From contig JAIBAY010000001.1 in assembly GCA_019694975.1 (NCBI GenBank), positions 128,732 through 192,731 of the forward strand: a stretch of 64,000 nucleotides of DNA, in the 5' to 3' direction. Source of the stretch: Chitinophagales bacterium. GTDB lineage: Bacteria > Bacteroidota > Bacteroidia > Chitinophagales > UBA10324. Each line of letters opens with the position of its first letter. Position 1 is the first letter of the stretch. This document shows, in pieces, positions 19,208-28,262 of this stretch. The notes beneath the pieces were generated by a model. The model worked only from the letters and a program-made list of their open reading frames with translations. It did not search any database and was not told where the DNA came from. Made by a program: the position numbers and the translations under genes.

Positions 19208-19215
19208 CAAAAGTA
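19208..19215 (-). promoter_or_regulatory. -7 box TACTTTTG with a TTTG about 20 nt upstream (-33-like)
   Basis: The minus strand reads ...AAAATTTGGTTTAGTAAAAAAGTTACCTACTTTTGGG..., which matches the Bacteroidota -33 TTTG / -7 TAnnTTTG layout. Confidence 0.4.
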
Positions 19216-19275
19216 GGTAACTTTTTTACTAAACCAAATTTTTGATAATTTTTTTTCAAAGAAAGTTCAGGGCAC

Positions 19276-19298
19276 AAAAAACCCCGCCGGAAGCGGGG
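19276..19298 (-). terminator. rho-independent terminator of the response-regulator gene
   Basis: The minus strand reads CCCCGC-TTCCG-GCGGGG followed by TTTTTT, about 35 nt after the stop at 19332. Confidence 0.75.
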
Positions 19299-19331
19299 TA
19301 AATCTGGAGGAATATACAACGTATGGAAATG

Positions 19332-20003
19332 CTAATTTTCCAGCAGGCCATTCATCACCGCATATTTCACCAAACCTGCTGTATTCTTCACACCAAGTTT
19401 GCGCAGCAGGTTTTTACGATGGGTAATGATAGTCATTGGACTGTTGTTCAGTTTTTTTGCTATCTCCACATTGGTCAGTTCCTGTGCAATCAACCGCACA
19501 ATATCCAGTTCACGTTTGGTTATCTCTGCCTTGCGCGGAAGATTGGCTACCGGCTCCTTCTCATTTTCATCAAACATTTTTTCAATCAGTTTCATCGACA
19601 TTTCGGCACTCAGATATTTCTCACCCTTGTAAACATGAGCAATTGCATTGATCAATTCCGCTTTCCCGGTTGTTTTAAGCAGGTAGCCCAATGCGCCGGC
19701 ACGCATCATTTCGGATACAGAATCCGCATCATCTGACATGGTGAGCCCGAGAATTTTCATGTCGGGAAATTGCGCCCTGATCTTGCGCGTGGCTTCAATT
19801 CCATTCATATTAGGCATACCTACATCCATCAGCACCACGTCCGGAACCTTAAGCTTTAAGACCTGCATCAGGGACGTTCCATCACGGGCTTCACCAACCA
19901 ATGCAACTTTTTCAGAATCCCTGATCAGTGACTTGATCCCTTCAATGAATATCTGATGGTCATCTGCTATTACTACTTTGATCTTAGATTTCATAAACTG
20001 CAA
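19332..20003 (-). CDS. NarL/LuxR-family two-component response regulator (REC + HTH_LuxR)
   Basis: 223 aa. The receiver domain has VVIADDH...DVVLMDVGMP. The C-terminal HTH has LTKRELDIVRLIAQELTNVEIAKKLNNSPMTIITHRKNLLRKLG. No cognate kinase is adjacent. Confidence 0.85.
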   Translation of the reverse strand: MQFMKSKIKVVIADDHQIFIEGIKSLIRDSEKVALVGEARDGTSLMQVLKLKVPDVVLMDVGMPNMNGIEATRKIRAQFPDMKILGLTMSDDADSVSEMMRAGALGYLLKTTGKAELINAIAHVYKGEKYLSAEMSMKLIEKMFDENEKEPVANLPRKAEITKRELDIVRLIAQELTNVEIAKKLNNSPMTIITHRKNLLRKLGVKNTAGLVKYAVMNGLLEN

Positions 20004-20192
20004 AATAAAGAAGAGTTTCGAAACAGCGATGATTTTTAATTAACATTTTAGACTTGATCTCCAGCGTGTAATAGTTCAGGCACGGCAACTCCTTCAATGC
20101 CGCGTGAAAGAAAATGGCAATTGAATATCTTTAACCGTTTGTTAAATTTACTCAAGTAAATAAAAACTAGTCCCGGCAGGAGGGCATACGCC

Positions 20193-22457
20193 ATGCAAAC
20201 TGAAAAGGCAAAAATTACCATGCCGAAGTCACCGGTCACACCTGCCATCTCCATCCAGGAGCATGAAAAGAAGGAGATTCTCCATCAATACCGCAGACTA
20301 TTGCAGGCGCTGAAACCGCAATTACAGAAAGGTGACCGGAAAATGATCCGCCTTGCTTTTGAGATAGCCTATGATGCGCACAAGGACATCCGTAGAAAAT
20401 CAGGTGAGCCATACATCCTCCATCCGCTGGCCGTGGCACAGATTGTTGCCAATGAGATCGGGCTGGGAGCCACGGGTGTGATCTGCGCCTTGCTCCATGA
20501 TACAGTGGAGGATACAGAAGTAACACTGGAAGATATTGAAAGGGAATTCGGGAAAGCCATAGCGGAGATTATTGAAGGCCTCACCAAGATTTCTGTGATT
20601 TTCGATGTGCACGGATACATTCAGGCAGAGAATATCCGCAAGATCATGGTTACACTCTCAAAAGACGTGAGGGTGATCCTGATCAAACTGGCGGACCGGT
20701 TGCATAATATGCGCACCATGGAATCCATGCCGCGCAACAAACAGATTAAAATTGCATCTGAAACTATCTACCTGTATGTGCCACTGGCACACCGGCTTGG
20801 TTTATTCGAGATAAAATCTGAGTTGGAAGATCTGGCAATGAAATATAGCGAACCAAAGATCTACAGCCAGATTTCTGATAAAATTATTGAGTCGAAAAAA
20901 GAACGAAACAGACTCATTGCTGAATTCATCAAACCGATTAAAGATGAGATGACCAGCCAGCATATCAACTTCAGAATTTTTGGAAGGCTTAAAACGGTGT
21001 ACTCTATCTGGCGAAAGATGCGCGAACAAGGCGTTCCGTTTGAAGAGGTGTATGACAAATTCGCGATCCGTATCATCATACAAACGGAACACGAAAATGA
21101 AAAATCAGATTGCTGGCGTGTCTATTCTATCGTATCAGATATTTACCGGCCTAATCCTGACCGGCTGCGCGACTGGATCTCCAACCCTAAAGCAAATGGC
21201 TATGAAGCACTGCATACTACTGTGATGGGGCCAGAAGGAAACTGGGTGGAAGTGCAGATACGCACCGAGCGCATGAATGAAATTGCAGAGAAAGGATATG
21301 CGGCACATTACAAATACAAGGAGAAACAAAGCTCCGACACATCTATTGATGAATGGCTGAAAAAGATCCGCGAATTGCTGGAAAACCCGGACACCAACAC
21401 ACTTGATTTTATTGATGATTTTAAACTGAGCCTGTTTGCGGAGGAAATTTATGTTTTCACGCCAAAAGGAGAACTGAAAATCTTACCCGCCAAATCTACG
21501 GTGCTCGATTTTGCTTTTGAGATTCATTCCGATATCGGGCAGCGTTGCATTGGCGCAAAAGTGAATCATAAAATAGTACCGATCAGTTATCAGTTGTCCA
21601 ATGGCGATCAGGTTGAGATACTCAGCTCAAAAAAACAGAAACCGGCTGAAGATTGGCTTCAATATGTAGTTACAGCCAAAGCTAAATCAGGCATCAAGAA
21701 TGTATTGAAGGCGGAAAGAAAACGTATTGTGGAAATAGGGAAAAAAGCGCTGGAAAATATCTTCCGGGAAAAAAAGGTTGCCTTCAATTCCCATAACCTC
21801 CATAAGGTGCTCGACTTTTTTAAGATACCCGCTGTCAACGACCTGTTTTACAGCATCAGCGTCGGTAATTTCAAAATCAGCGATATGGATAACTTCATCC
21901 GGGTAGGTGATAATATTGAATTGAAAGATCAGTCTAAAACAACGGATGAAAATGTGGAACTCGCCATTAAAAACAAACTGGTCAGCAATTCCAGCCTGTT
22001 TGTATTTGGTGATGGCGCAGAAACGGTGGATTACAACCTGGCCGGCTGTTGCAAACCTATTCCCGGTGATGATGTGTTCGGATTTGTAAACAAGAATAAG
22101 GATATCGAAATCCACAGAACCAATTGCCCGCGGGCTATAAATGCCATTTCAAAATATGGTTATGACATTGTGCGCACGAAGTGGACCAAGCAGCATCAGA
22201 TAGCCTTCCTCACCGGACTCAAGTTGACAGGCATTGATGATGTTGGTGTTATGCAGAAAATTACCAATGTGATTTCCGGCGACCTTAAAGTAAATATGCA
22301 GTCAATAACCATTGATACCAAGGATGGCATCTTTGAAGGTATCATTAAAGTCTTTGTAAAGGACACCTTCCACCTTACTGAACTGATGGATAAGTTGCGC
22401 CAGCTCGACGGCATCTTAAGCGTCGCCCGGTTTGAAGAACAACCTTCCATGAATTAA
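20193..22457 (+). CDS. spoT: bifunctional (p)ppGpp synthetase/hydrolase (RelA/SpoT homolog, RSH)
   Basis: 754 aa with an HD hydrolase motif (HDTVEDT), a synthetase domain, and TGS and ACT-like C-terminal domains. Confidence 0.9.
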   Translation: MQTEKAKITMPKSPVTPAISIQEHEKKEILHQYRRLLQALKPQLQKGDRKMIRLAFEIAYDAHKDIRRKSGEPYILHPLAVAQIVANEIGLGATGVICALLHDTVEDTEVTLEDIEREFGKAIAEIIEGLTKISVIFDVHGYIQAENIRKIMVTLSKDVRVILIKLADRLHNMRTMESMPRNKQIKIASETIYLYVPLAHRLGLFEIKSELEDLAMKYSEPKIYSQISDKIIESKKERNRLIAEFIKPIKDEMTSQHINFRIFGRLKTVYSIWRKMREQGVPFEEVYDKFAIRIIIQTEHENEKSDCWRVYSIVSDIYRPNPDRLRDWISNPKANGYEALHTTVMGPEGNWVEVQIRTERMNEIAEKGYAAHYKYKEKQSSDTSIDEWLKKIRELLENPDTNTLDFIDDFKLSLFAEEIYVFTPKGELKILPAKSTVLDFAFEIHSDIGQRCIGAKVNHKIVPISYQLSNGDQVEILSSKKQKPAEDWLQYVVTAKAKSGIKNVLKAERKRIVEIGKKALENIFREKKVAFNSHNLHKVLDFFKIPAVNDLFYSISVGNFKISDMDNFIRVGDNIELKDQSKTTDENVELAIKNKLVSNSSLFVFGDGAETVDYNLAGCCKPIPGDDVFGFVNKNKDIEIHRTNCPRAINAISKYGYDIVRTKWTKQHQIAFLTGLKLTGIDDVGVMQKITNVISGDLKVNMQSITIDTKDGIFEGIIKVFVKDTFHLTELMDKLRQLDGILSVARFEEQPSMN

Positions 22458-22537
22458 CAGCATACGGATAAGCCTGATATCCCTGATCACTCCATAATGG
22501 TGGAAAAATGCCATTTGATGATTGCATGGTTTTAACT

Positions 22538-22545
22538 TACGTTTG
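22538..22545 (+). promoter_or_regulatory. -7 box TACGTTTG upstream of fur-family gene
   Basis: Exact TAnnTTTG match 17 nt before the ATG at 22562. This supports the internal start rather than the ORF-track start at 22508. Confidence 0.45.
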
Positions 22546-22561
22546 TCCTTTCAAGGAAATA

Positions 22562-23095
22562 ATGAAACAGGAAAATCTACTACCGCAGGTCCAACAGCTC
22601 TTTGCTGAATACCTCGAATTAAATCATCAGCGGAAAACCACGGAGCGGTTTGCGATCCTGACAGAGATTTATTCGCGCAATGATCATTTTGATGCGGAAT
22701 CCCTTTTCCTTGAAATGAAGAAGAAGCATTACAATGTAAGCCGCGCTACAGTGTATAATACGCTCGACTTGTTGCAGGAATGTGCATTAATTACCAGGCA
22801 TCAGTTCGGGAATAACCAGGCACGATTTGAAAAGTCATACGGTTTCCGCCAGCACGATCACCTGATCTGCCTTGATTGCCATAAGGTGCTGGAATTCTGT
22901 GACCCGAGGATTCACCAGATCACGACGCGCATGGGCGATTTGCTGAATTTTGAAATTGATCACCATTCCCTGATTTTGTACGGTCATTGCCGTGGATGTG
23001 ATGCCAAAGACAACCTTCAGCACACCAAACAAAAAAAGGATGCTGCTGCCAGACAGGGAAAGCGAAAGCCGTTTGTTAAAAATCAACTTGCATAG
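22562..23095 (+). CDS. fur: Fur-family transcriptional regulator with a basic C-terminal tail
   Basis: The winged-helix region is RATVYNTLDLLQECALI. The metal-site cysteines are HLICLDCHKV...GHCRGC. The tail is K/Q-rich. Confidence 0.8.
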   Translation: MKQENLLPQVQQLFAEYLELNHQRKTTERFAILTEIYSRNDHFDAESLFLEMKKKHYNVSRATVYNTLDLLQECALITRHQFGNNQARFEKSYGFRQHDHLICLDCHKVLEFCDPRIHQITTRMGDLLNFEIDHHSLILYGHCRGCDAKDNLQHTKQKKDAAARQGKRKPFVKNQLA

Positions 23096-23449
23096 ATGGA
23101 TTATGTAGTTCAGAAAGTGGAGCAAACAGTAATCATGATGCTGCAGGGCAAGTTGATGCATGAGCAGCAGACCGCGCAAATCCGCAACAGGATTGCAGAA
23201 GGGCTTTCCGGAAATGAAAGAAAATTCATTTTTGATTTGAAAAGCCTTGAATTTGTTAACAGCACCTGTCTCAATTTCCTCGTTGCTTCCCGCAATAAAA
23301 TTGTGGAGCAGGGCGGAGAACTTGTGCTGTGTAATGTTTCCGATCAACTCAAAAAACTACTGGTTATGACGCGGCTCGAAAGTTATTTTAAGATTGCCGG
23401 CCGTACTGCGGATGCCATGCTCCTGCTAAACGATGCTTACAAAAGCTGA
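23096..23449 (+). CDS. STAS-domain protein (anti-sigma-factor antagonist, SpoIIAA-like)
   Basis: 117 aa. DLKSLEFVNSTCLNFLV corresponds to the phosphorylatable-Ser region of SpoIIAA-type STAS domains. The ATG directly abuts the fur TAG stop. Confidence 0.75.
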   Translation: MDYVVQKVEQTVIMMLQGKLMHEQQTAQIRNRIAEGLSGNERKFIFDLKSLEFVNSTCLNFLVASRNKIVEQGGELVLCNVSDQLKKLLVMTRLESYFKIAGRTADAMLLLNDAYKS

Positions 23450-23506
23450 TTATACTGGCCACTAAAATGAATCATTAACTGATTTCAAAAATTCAATAAA
23501 CATACT

Positions 23507-24769
23507 ATGGCTGTTGATGTGTTGCTGGGTTTGCAATGGGGTGATGAAGGCAAAGGCAAAATTGTTGATTTCCTTGCCCCTGACTATGATGTTGTTGCCC
23601 GGTTCCAGGGTGGCCCCAATGCAGGGCATACCCTCAATATTGAAGGAAGGCGAATTGTATTACGTACCATTCCGTCTGGCGTATTTTGTGAAAGGCCCTG
23701 TAACCTGATCGGCAATGGCGTCGTAATAGACCCGATTGAATTTCTCAAAGAAGCCAAAGAACTGGAAGCTATTGGCATCGACCTGAAAAAAAAACTGAAG
23801 CTATCGCGAAAAGCACATCTCATTATTCCCACCCATCGCCTGCTTGATGCTGCTTCCGAAGCAGCCAAGGGGGAAGAAAAAATCGGTTCAACACTAAAGG
23901 GAATCGGACCGGCTTATATGGATAAGACGGGCCGCAATGGTTTGCGTGTTGGCGACCTTGCTTCGCCGGAACTCCCTGCTTTATATGCAAATCTTAAAAA
24001 GAAACATCTCGATCTGCTGACACTTTATAACTATGCTGCTGATTTTAATCAGCTGGAACAGCAATGGTTTGAAGGCGTGGAATACCTGCGTTCTCTTGAT
24101 ATGGTGTCTGGTGAGTATTTCATCAATGAAAAGCTGAAAGAAGGTAAACACGTGCTGGCTGAAGGAGCACAGGGCTCAATGTTGGATATTGATTTTGGAA
24201 CCTACCCGTTTGTCACTTCATCTAATACAATTTCAGCCGCTGCCTGTACCGGCCTCGGTATTCCGCCAACTGCCATCCGGGATGTGATGGGTATCATCAA
24301 AGCTTACTGCACAAGGGTTGGCGGCGGACCGTTTCCGACTGAGTTGTCCGATGAAACCGGCGAAGCACTGCGAAAAGCAGGGCATGAATTCGGCGCTGTC
24401 ACAGGCAGGCCGCGCCGTTGCGGATGGCTCGATCTTGTGGCAGTTAATTACACTTGTATGCTCAATGGCGTCACCAAACTTATTATTACAAAAGCTGACG
24501 TGTTGAATATTTTTGACGAGATAAAGGTGTGTAATGCATATGCTATTAACGGAACAGTAACCAGTGCCGTGCCATTCGATATTACTTCCGCTCCTATTGA
24601 TCCCGTGTATGAATCGTTGCCGGGCTGGAAAACAAATCACGGTATGAAGAAAGCAGCTGATTTGCCGGAATCATTACATGCATTTATGGAGTATGTGAAG
24701 CAAAAGACAGGCGTGCCGGTTTCCATTATTTCCATTGGGGCAGGCAGAGATGAGCTGGTTGCATTCTGA
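23507..24769 (+). CDS. purA: adenylosuccinate synthase
   Basis: 420 aa containing QWGDEGKGKIVD (P-loop) and GAVTGRPRRCGWLD. Confidence 0.95.
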   Translation: MAVDVLLGLQWGDEGKGKIVDFLAPDYDVVARFQGGPNAGHTLNIEGRRIVLRTIPSGVFCERPCNLIGNGVVIDPIEFLKEAKELEAIGIDLKKKLKLSRKAHLIIPTHRLLDAASEAAKGEEKIGSTLKGIGPAYMDKTGRNGLRVGDLASPELPALYANLKKKHLDLLTLYNYAADFNQLEQQWFEGVEYLRSLDMVSGEYFINEKLKEGKHVLAEGAQGSMLDIDFGTYPFVTSSNTISAAACTGLGIPPTAIRDVMGIIKAYCTRVGGGPFPTELSDETGEALRKAGHEFGAVTGRPRRCGWLDLVAVNYTCMLNGVTKLIITKADVLNIFDEIKVCNAYAINGTVTSAVPFDITSAPIDPVYESLPGWKTNHGMKKAADLPESLHAFMEYVKQKTGVPVSIISIGAGRDELVAF

Positions 24770-25111
24770 CAATTGAGAAATAGTCATGCCGCAAGGTTTT
24801 CGTGAATACATTATAAAATATATTCCTGTAATGCTGAGTGCACCATCCGGATTTGACTGCGAAAGCAGACTGGTGCCGGACCAAGAACTGCTTCGGACAA
24901 GGTGATGTATTTTATTTTTTCATCTCCTGATTACCATACTGTAACATAACTATTTTGCAGCATTGCGGATCTTTCGCGAGATTGCTCTGGGCGGCAATTG
25001 CCGGCATGCGGCAATGATGAATTGATGAAGGAAATGGCCGCATTTTTTTCGTTGGAAAAAATTTGAAAATCTCAAAACTTAGTTCAAAATTTACGATCTA
25101 AATTTTTCTGC

Positions 25112-25489
25112 ATGAAAATCTCCAAAGGAAAAGCCCCTGCTAAGAAAGTTGCAAAGAAATCTGCACCGGCTAAAGCTGCAAAAGCAAATACGAAAAAGGC
25201 AACTCCTAAAGCGGCTTCTCCTTCAAAAGCAACAAAGAAGACGGTTCCTGCCGTAAAAAAACTCCCGGCAAAAAGTATTGGACCGGCTACCGTTAGCCGC
25301 AAGAAACCAAAGGATGACCTGGATGATGATCTGAAGGAGTTTATGCATGATGAAGACGATATTCAGCCCATCAAGAAATCACGTAAAGACGATTTGGGAG
25401 ATGATGATGATTTTAAAATGGAAGATGATTTTAAAATGGAAGATGATTTGTCAGAAACCTTTTCTGACGACGACGATGATGATTACTGA
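25112..25489 (+). CDS. hypothetical bipartite low-complexity protein: Lys/Ala/Pro-rich (histone H1-like) N-half, polyacidic C-half
   Basis: 125 aa. Residues 1-67 contain 21 Lys in AKK/PAK-type repeats. The C-half is dominated by Asp/Glu and ends DDDDDDY. It contains a tandem DDFKME duplication. Confidence 0.55.
   Translation: MKISKGKAPAKKVAKKSAPAKAAKANTKKATPKAASPSKATKKTVPAVKKLPAKSIGPATVSRKKPKDDLDDDLKEFMHDEDDIQPIKKSRKDDLGDDDDFKMEDDFKMEDDLSETFSDDDDDDY
25406..25450 (+). repeat. 18-bp tandem repeat (2.5 copies) inside the acidic tail coding region
   Basis: GATGATTTTAAAATGGAA occurs twice, followed by GATGATTTG; this encodes DDFKME-DDFKME-DDL. Confidence 0.9.
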
Positions 25490-25591
25490 TGCTTCATGTT
25501 ACGACGTCAACCCTTTTCAGTTGGCTGATGTTTGTTAATCTTCTGATTTCCTCTTGCTGCCCTCTGTTTTGATCATGCAAATTTGACTTTC

Positions 25592-26872
25592 ATGCGGAAT
25601 TCTGCAGCATTTCCAGCAGGAGATATCAAGCTCCTCAAAAAAAAACTGTTGCACTGGGCCGCAGATATTTCTCCCGCAGTTTTTATTGATCATAATGCTT
25701 ATACTCATTTTCATCCTGAAATTGACTGCCTGGTAGCAACCGGTGCTATCCATTCCTTTGCACCTGAAGGCGGAAATGTATTTACTTCCCTGAAAGCATT
25801 TGTTGATCAGCAGCACGACTGGTTATTTGGATATCTTTCCTATGATCTTAAAAATGAAATAACGCCGCAACCGTTGCCGGCCAACCCGCTGATTGCTGAC
25901 TATACCGGCTTTCCGCAAGCATATTTTTTCAGACCCCGGCACGTGCTGCAAATCATTGGTGAAAAACTTATCATAGCATCAACCGATGATCCATCAACGT
26001 TGTTTGCCTGCATAAATAGTACAACAATTCATGAAACAACTCCTTCCGGTGGTACGGTTGCGAACCGGGTAAACAGGCAAAGCTATATGGCTGATGTGCT
26101 GAAGCTTCAGCAACATATCCTGAATGGCGACTTGTATGAAGTTAATTTGTGCCAGGAATTTTACATTGAAAATTATATTGCTCATCCCGCTGCATTATTT
26201 GAACGGCTCAATGATATAAACCCTGCTCCATTTGCAACTTTCTTCCGGCTAAGTGATCATTACCTGCTGTCGGCGAGCCCGGAGAGGTTCCTGAAAAAAA
26301 CAGGCCATACCATCACCTCACAACCTATGAAAGGTACACGGCAGCGCCATGCTTTGGTAAGCGATGAGGTTCAGCGTGAGCAATTGCGCAACGATCCAAA
26401 GGAAAGAGCGGAGAACGTGATGATCGTTGACCTCGTGCGCAATGATCTTGCAAAAAGCGCTGTACCGGGTTCGGTAAAAGTGCAGGATCTTTTCGGCGTC
26501 TTCACGTTCCCTACAGTTCATCAGATGGTTTCAACAGTTACCGCTGAGCTTCGCCCGGAGGTGCATCCTGTAACAGCCATAAAAAATGCTTTCCCGATGG
26601 GGTCAATGACCGGAGCGCCAAAGATAAAAGCGATGGAATTGATTGAACAATATGAAAAATCGAAACGCGGCCTGTTTTCCGGAACAATCGGTTATATCAC
26701 ACCGGCCGGCGATTTTGATTTCAGCGTGGTGATCAGGAGTATCCTGTATAATGCCACGTCAAAATATCTTTCATTCCAGGCAGGCAGTGCCATCACCTAT
26801 GATTCCGTGGCTGAAAAAGAATATGAGGAATGCCTGCTGAAAGCGAAAGCATTAATTGCAGCGCTCCAATAA
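25592..26872 (+). CDS. pabB: aminodeoxychorismate synthase component I / anthranilate synthase component I family
   Basis: Chorismate-binding domain with SPERFL, PMKGTR, ENVMIVDLVRND and GSMTGAPK. ATG at 25592 is preferred over the TTG at 25583. Confidence 0.75.
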   Translation: MRNSAAFPAGDIKLLKKKLLHWAADISPAVFIDHNAYTHFHPEIDCLVATGAIHSFAPEGGNVFTSLKAFVDQQHDWLFGYLSYDLKNEITPQPLPANPLIADYTGFPQAYFFRPRHVLQIIGEKLIIASTDDPSTLFACINSTTIHETTPSGGTVANRVNRQSYMADVLKLQQHILNGDLYEVNLCQEFYIENYIAHPAALFERLNDINPAPFATFFRLSDHYLLSASPERFLKKTGHTITSQPMKGTRQRHALVSDEVQREQLRNDPKERAENVMIVDLVRNDLAKSAVPGSVKVQDLFGVFTFPTVHQMVSTVTAELRPEVHPVTAIKNAFPMGSMTGAPKIKAMELIEQYEKSKRGLFSGTIGYITPAGDFDFSVVIRSILYNATSKYLSFQAGSAITYDSVAEKEYEECLLKAKALIAALQ

Positions 26873-26910
26873 AATGGCCTTGATCCCGCATCTGTATACT
26901 CTTTAAAGCA

Positions 26911-28011
26911 TCAGCCTGGCCGGTACATCTTACCGGGCAGGGCTATCACCACTCCCTGGAATTCAAGTGCCAGCAGTGCGGCAGCAAGCTGACTGCCTGA
27001 AAGACGCATTCTCCGCGCAATTTCATCTACATGAACCGGTGGTTTTTCCCCAATCAATGTCGCAATCGCTTGTTCCGTCTCATTCAGCTCAACAAATAAT
27101 TGCTTTTGCTTTGCAGTTACTGATTTTTTATCAATCCATCCGGACAGATAGGCAATATCGTTCGCACACTCGACGAGGTTTGCTTTGTTGCTTTTAATAA
27201 AATGGTTGCATCCTTCCGCATACTTGTCACCCACTCTTCCGGGTACGGCATATACATCACGGTTATAGGAATTGGCTATTTCAGCAGTGATGAGTGCGCC
27301 GCCTTTCACCGCAGATTCAATCACCACGGTCGCGTCCGCAATGCCTGCAACAATCCTGTTGCGCCTGGGGAAATTCTCCCGGTCAAATGCATCTGAACTC
27401 TTGAACTCGGTGATAAGCCCTCCGCACTCAAGCATTCTGACAGCGGTGGCACGGTGTTGCGCAGGATACAACCGGTTTAATCCGTGAGCCAGTACACCGA
27501 TAGTAGGCATATTGTGAATAACAGCTGCACGGTGTGCGCAGATGTCAATCCCATAAGCAAGGCCACTCACTATTGTTACCCCAAAAGGCTTCAGGTCCTC
27601 CACCAGTGTTTCCGTGAATGCTTTACCATAGTCTGACGCATGCCTTGTACCAACTATTGACAGCATTCTGCCCGCATTCAGTTGAATATTTCCTTTGACA
27701 TACAGTATAACAGGACAGTCCAGAACAGTTTTCAGCCTTTGGGGATAATCATCATCCAAATAAAATAGCATCCTGATCTTATTCTTTTCAATGAATGCCA
27801 ATTCCCTTTCTGCTGCAGCAAACTCACGAAAAGACAGTATTGATCTGGCACGAACCTCATCAATTCCGGGTACTCTGAGCAAGTCATGCTTCTTTGACTT
27901 AAATATTTTTTCCACGCTGCCGCAATAACTTACCAGGTTTTTTGCCAACACATCACCAATATTCGGGATTAGCGTCAGCGCTAACCGGTAGAGTTGTTCA
28001 TTTGATTGCAT
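26911..28011 (-). CDS. dprA: DNA-processing protein DprA
   Basis: 366 aa with the Rossmann-like DprA core (SGLAYGIDICAHRAA...) and a C-terminal winged-helix domain. Confidence 0.9.
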   Translation of the reverse strand: MQSNEQLYRLALTLIPNIGDVLAKNLVSYCGSVEKIFKSKKHDLLRVPGIDEVRARSILSFREFAAAERELAFIEKNKIRMLFYLDDDYPQRLKTVLDCPVILYVKGNIQLNAGRMLSIVGTRHASDYGKAFTETLVEDLKPFGVTIVSGLAYGIDICAHRAAVIHNMPTIGVLAHGLNRLYPAQHRATAVRMLECGGLITEFKSSDAFDRENFPRRNRIVAGIADATVVIESAVKGGALITAEIANSYNRDVYAVPGRVGDKYAEGCNHFIKSNKANLVECANDIAYLSGWIDKKSVTAKQKQLFVELNETEQAIATLIGEKPPVHVDEIARRMRLSGSQLAAALLALEFQGVVIALPGKMYRPG

Positions 28012-28262
28012 GATAACCAGGTTGAAAAATATAATGATACAATGTTTATACTTTCGGCGGTTGCCTTCACTGTAAATTATTCATTCGATATTGCCAAAGA
28101 CAGGTTCCTGCCGATGTGTTGCTGCAGCAAAATAATTTTTGAATATAAACGTATCGCTGCTGTTCTAAAACAATTCGCCCTGATCATTGCTTCATATAAA
28201 AATAATACACACTTCAGATGGGTACGGTTTCTGCCCCACCACATGGCATTCCTCATAAGGTG

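Noticed and set aside
18944-19210. 88-aa ORF spanning the G10 tract (which encodes PPP).
   Set aside because: It has no start context, no recognisable domain and odd composition. It overlaps the predicted tRNA-Leu promoter and the hairpin/terminator unit.
18640-19331. Integrated mobile element at tRNA-Leu.
   Set aside because: The T-arm direct repeat is only about 130 nt from the tRNA copy. There is no integrase, excisionase or cargo gene between or beside the repeats, so at most this is a scar.
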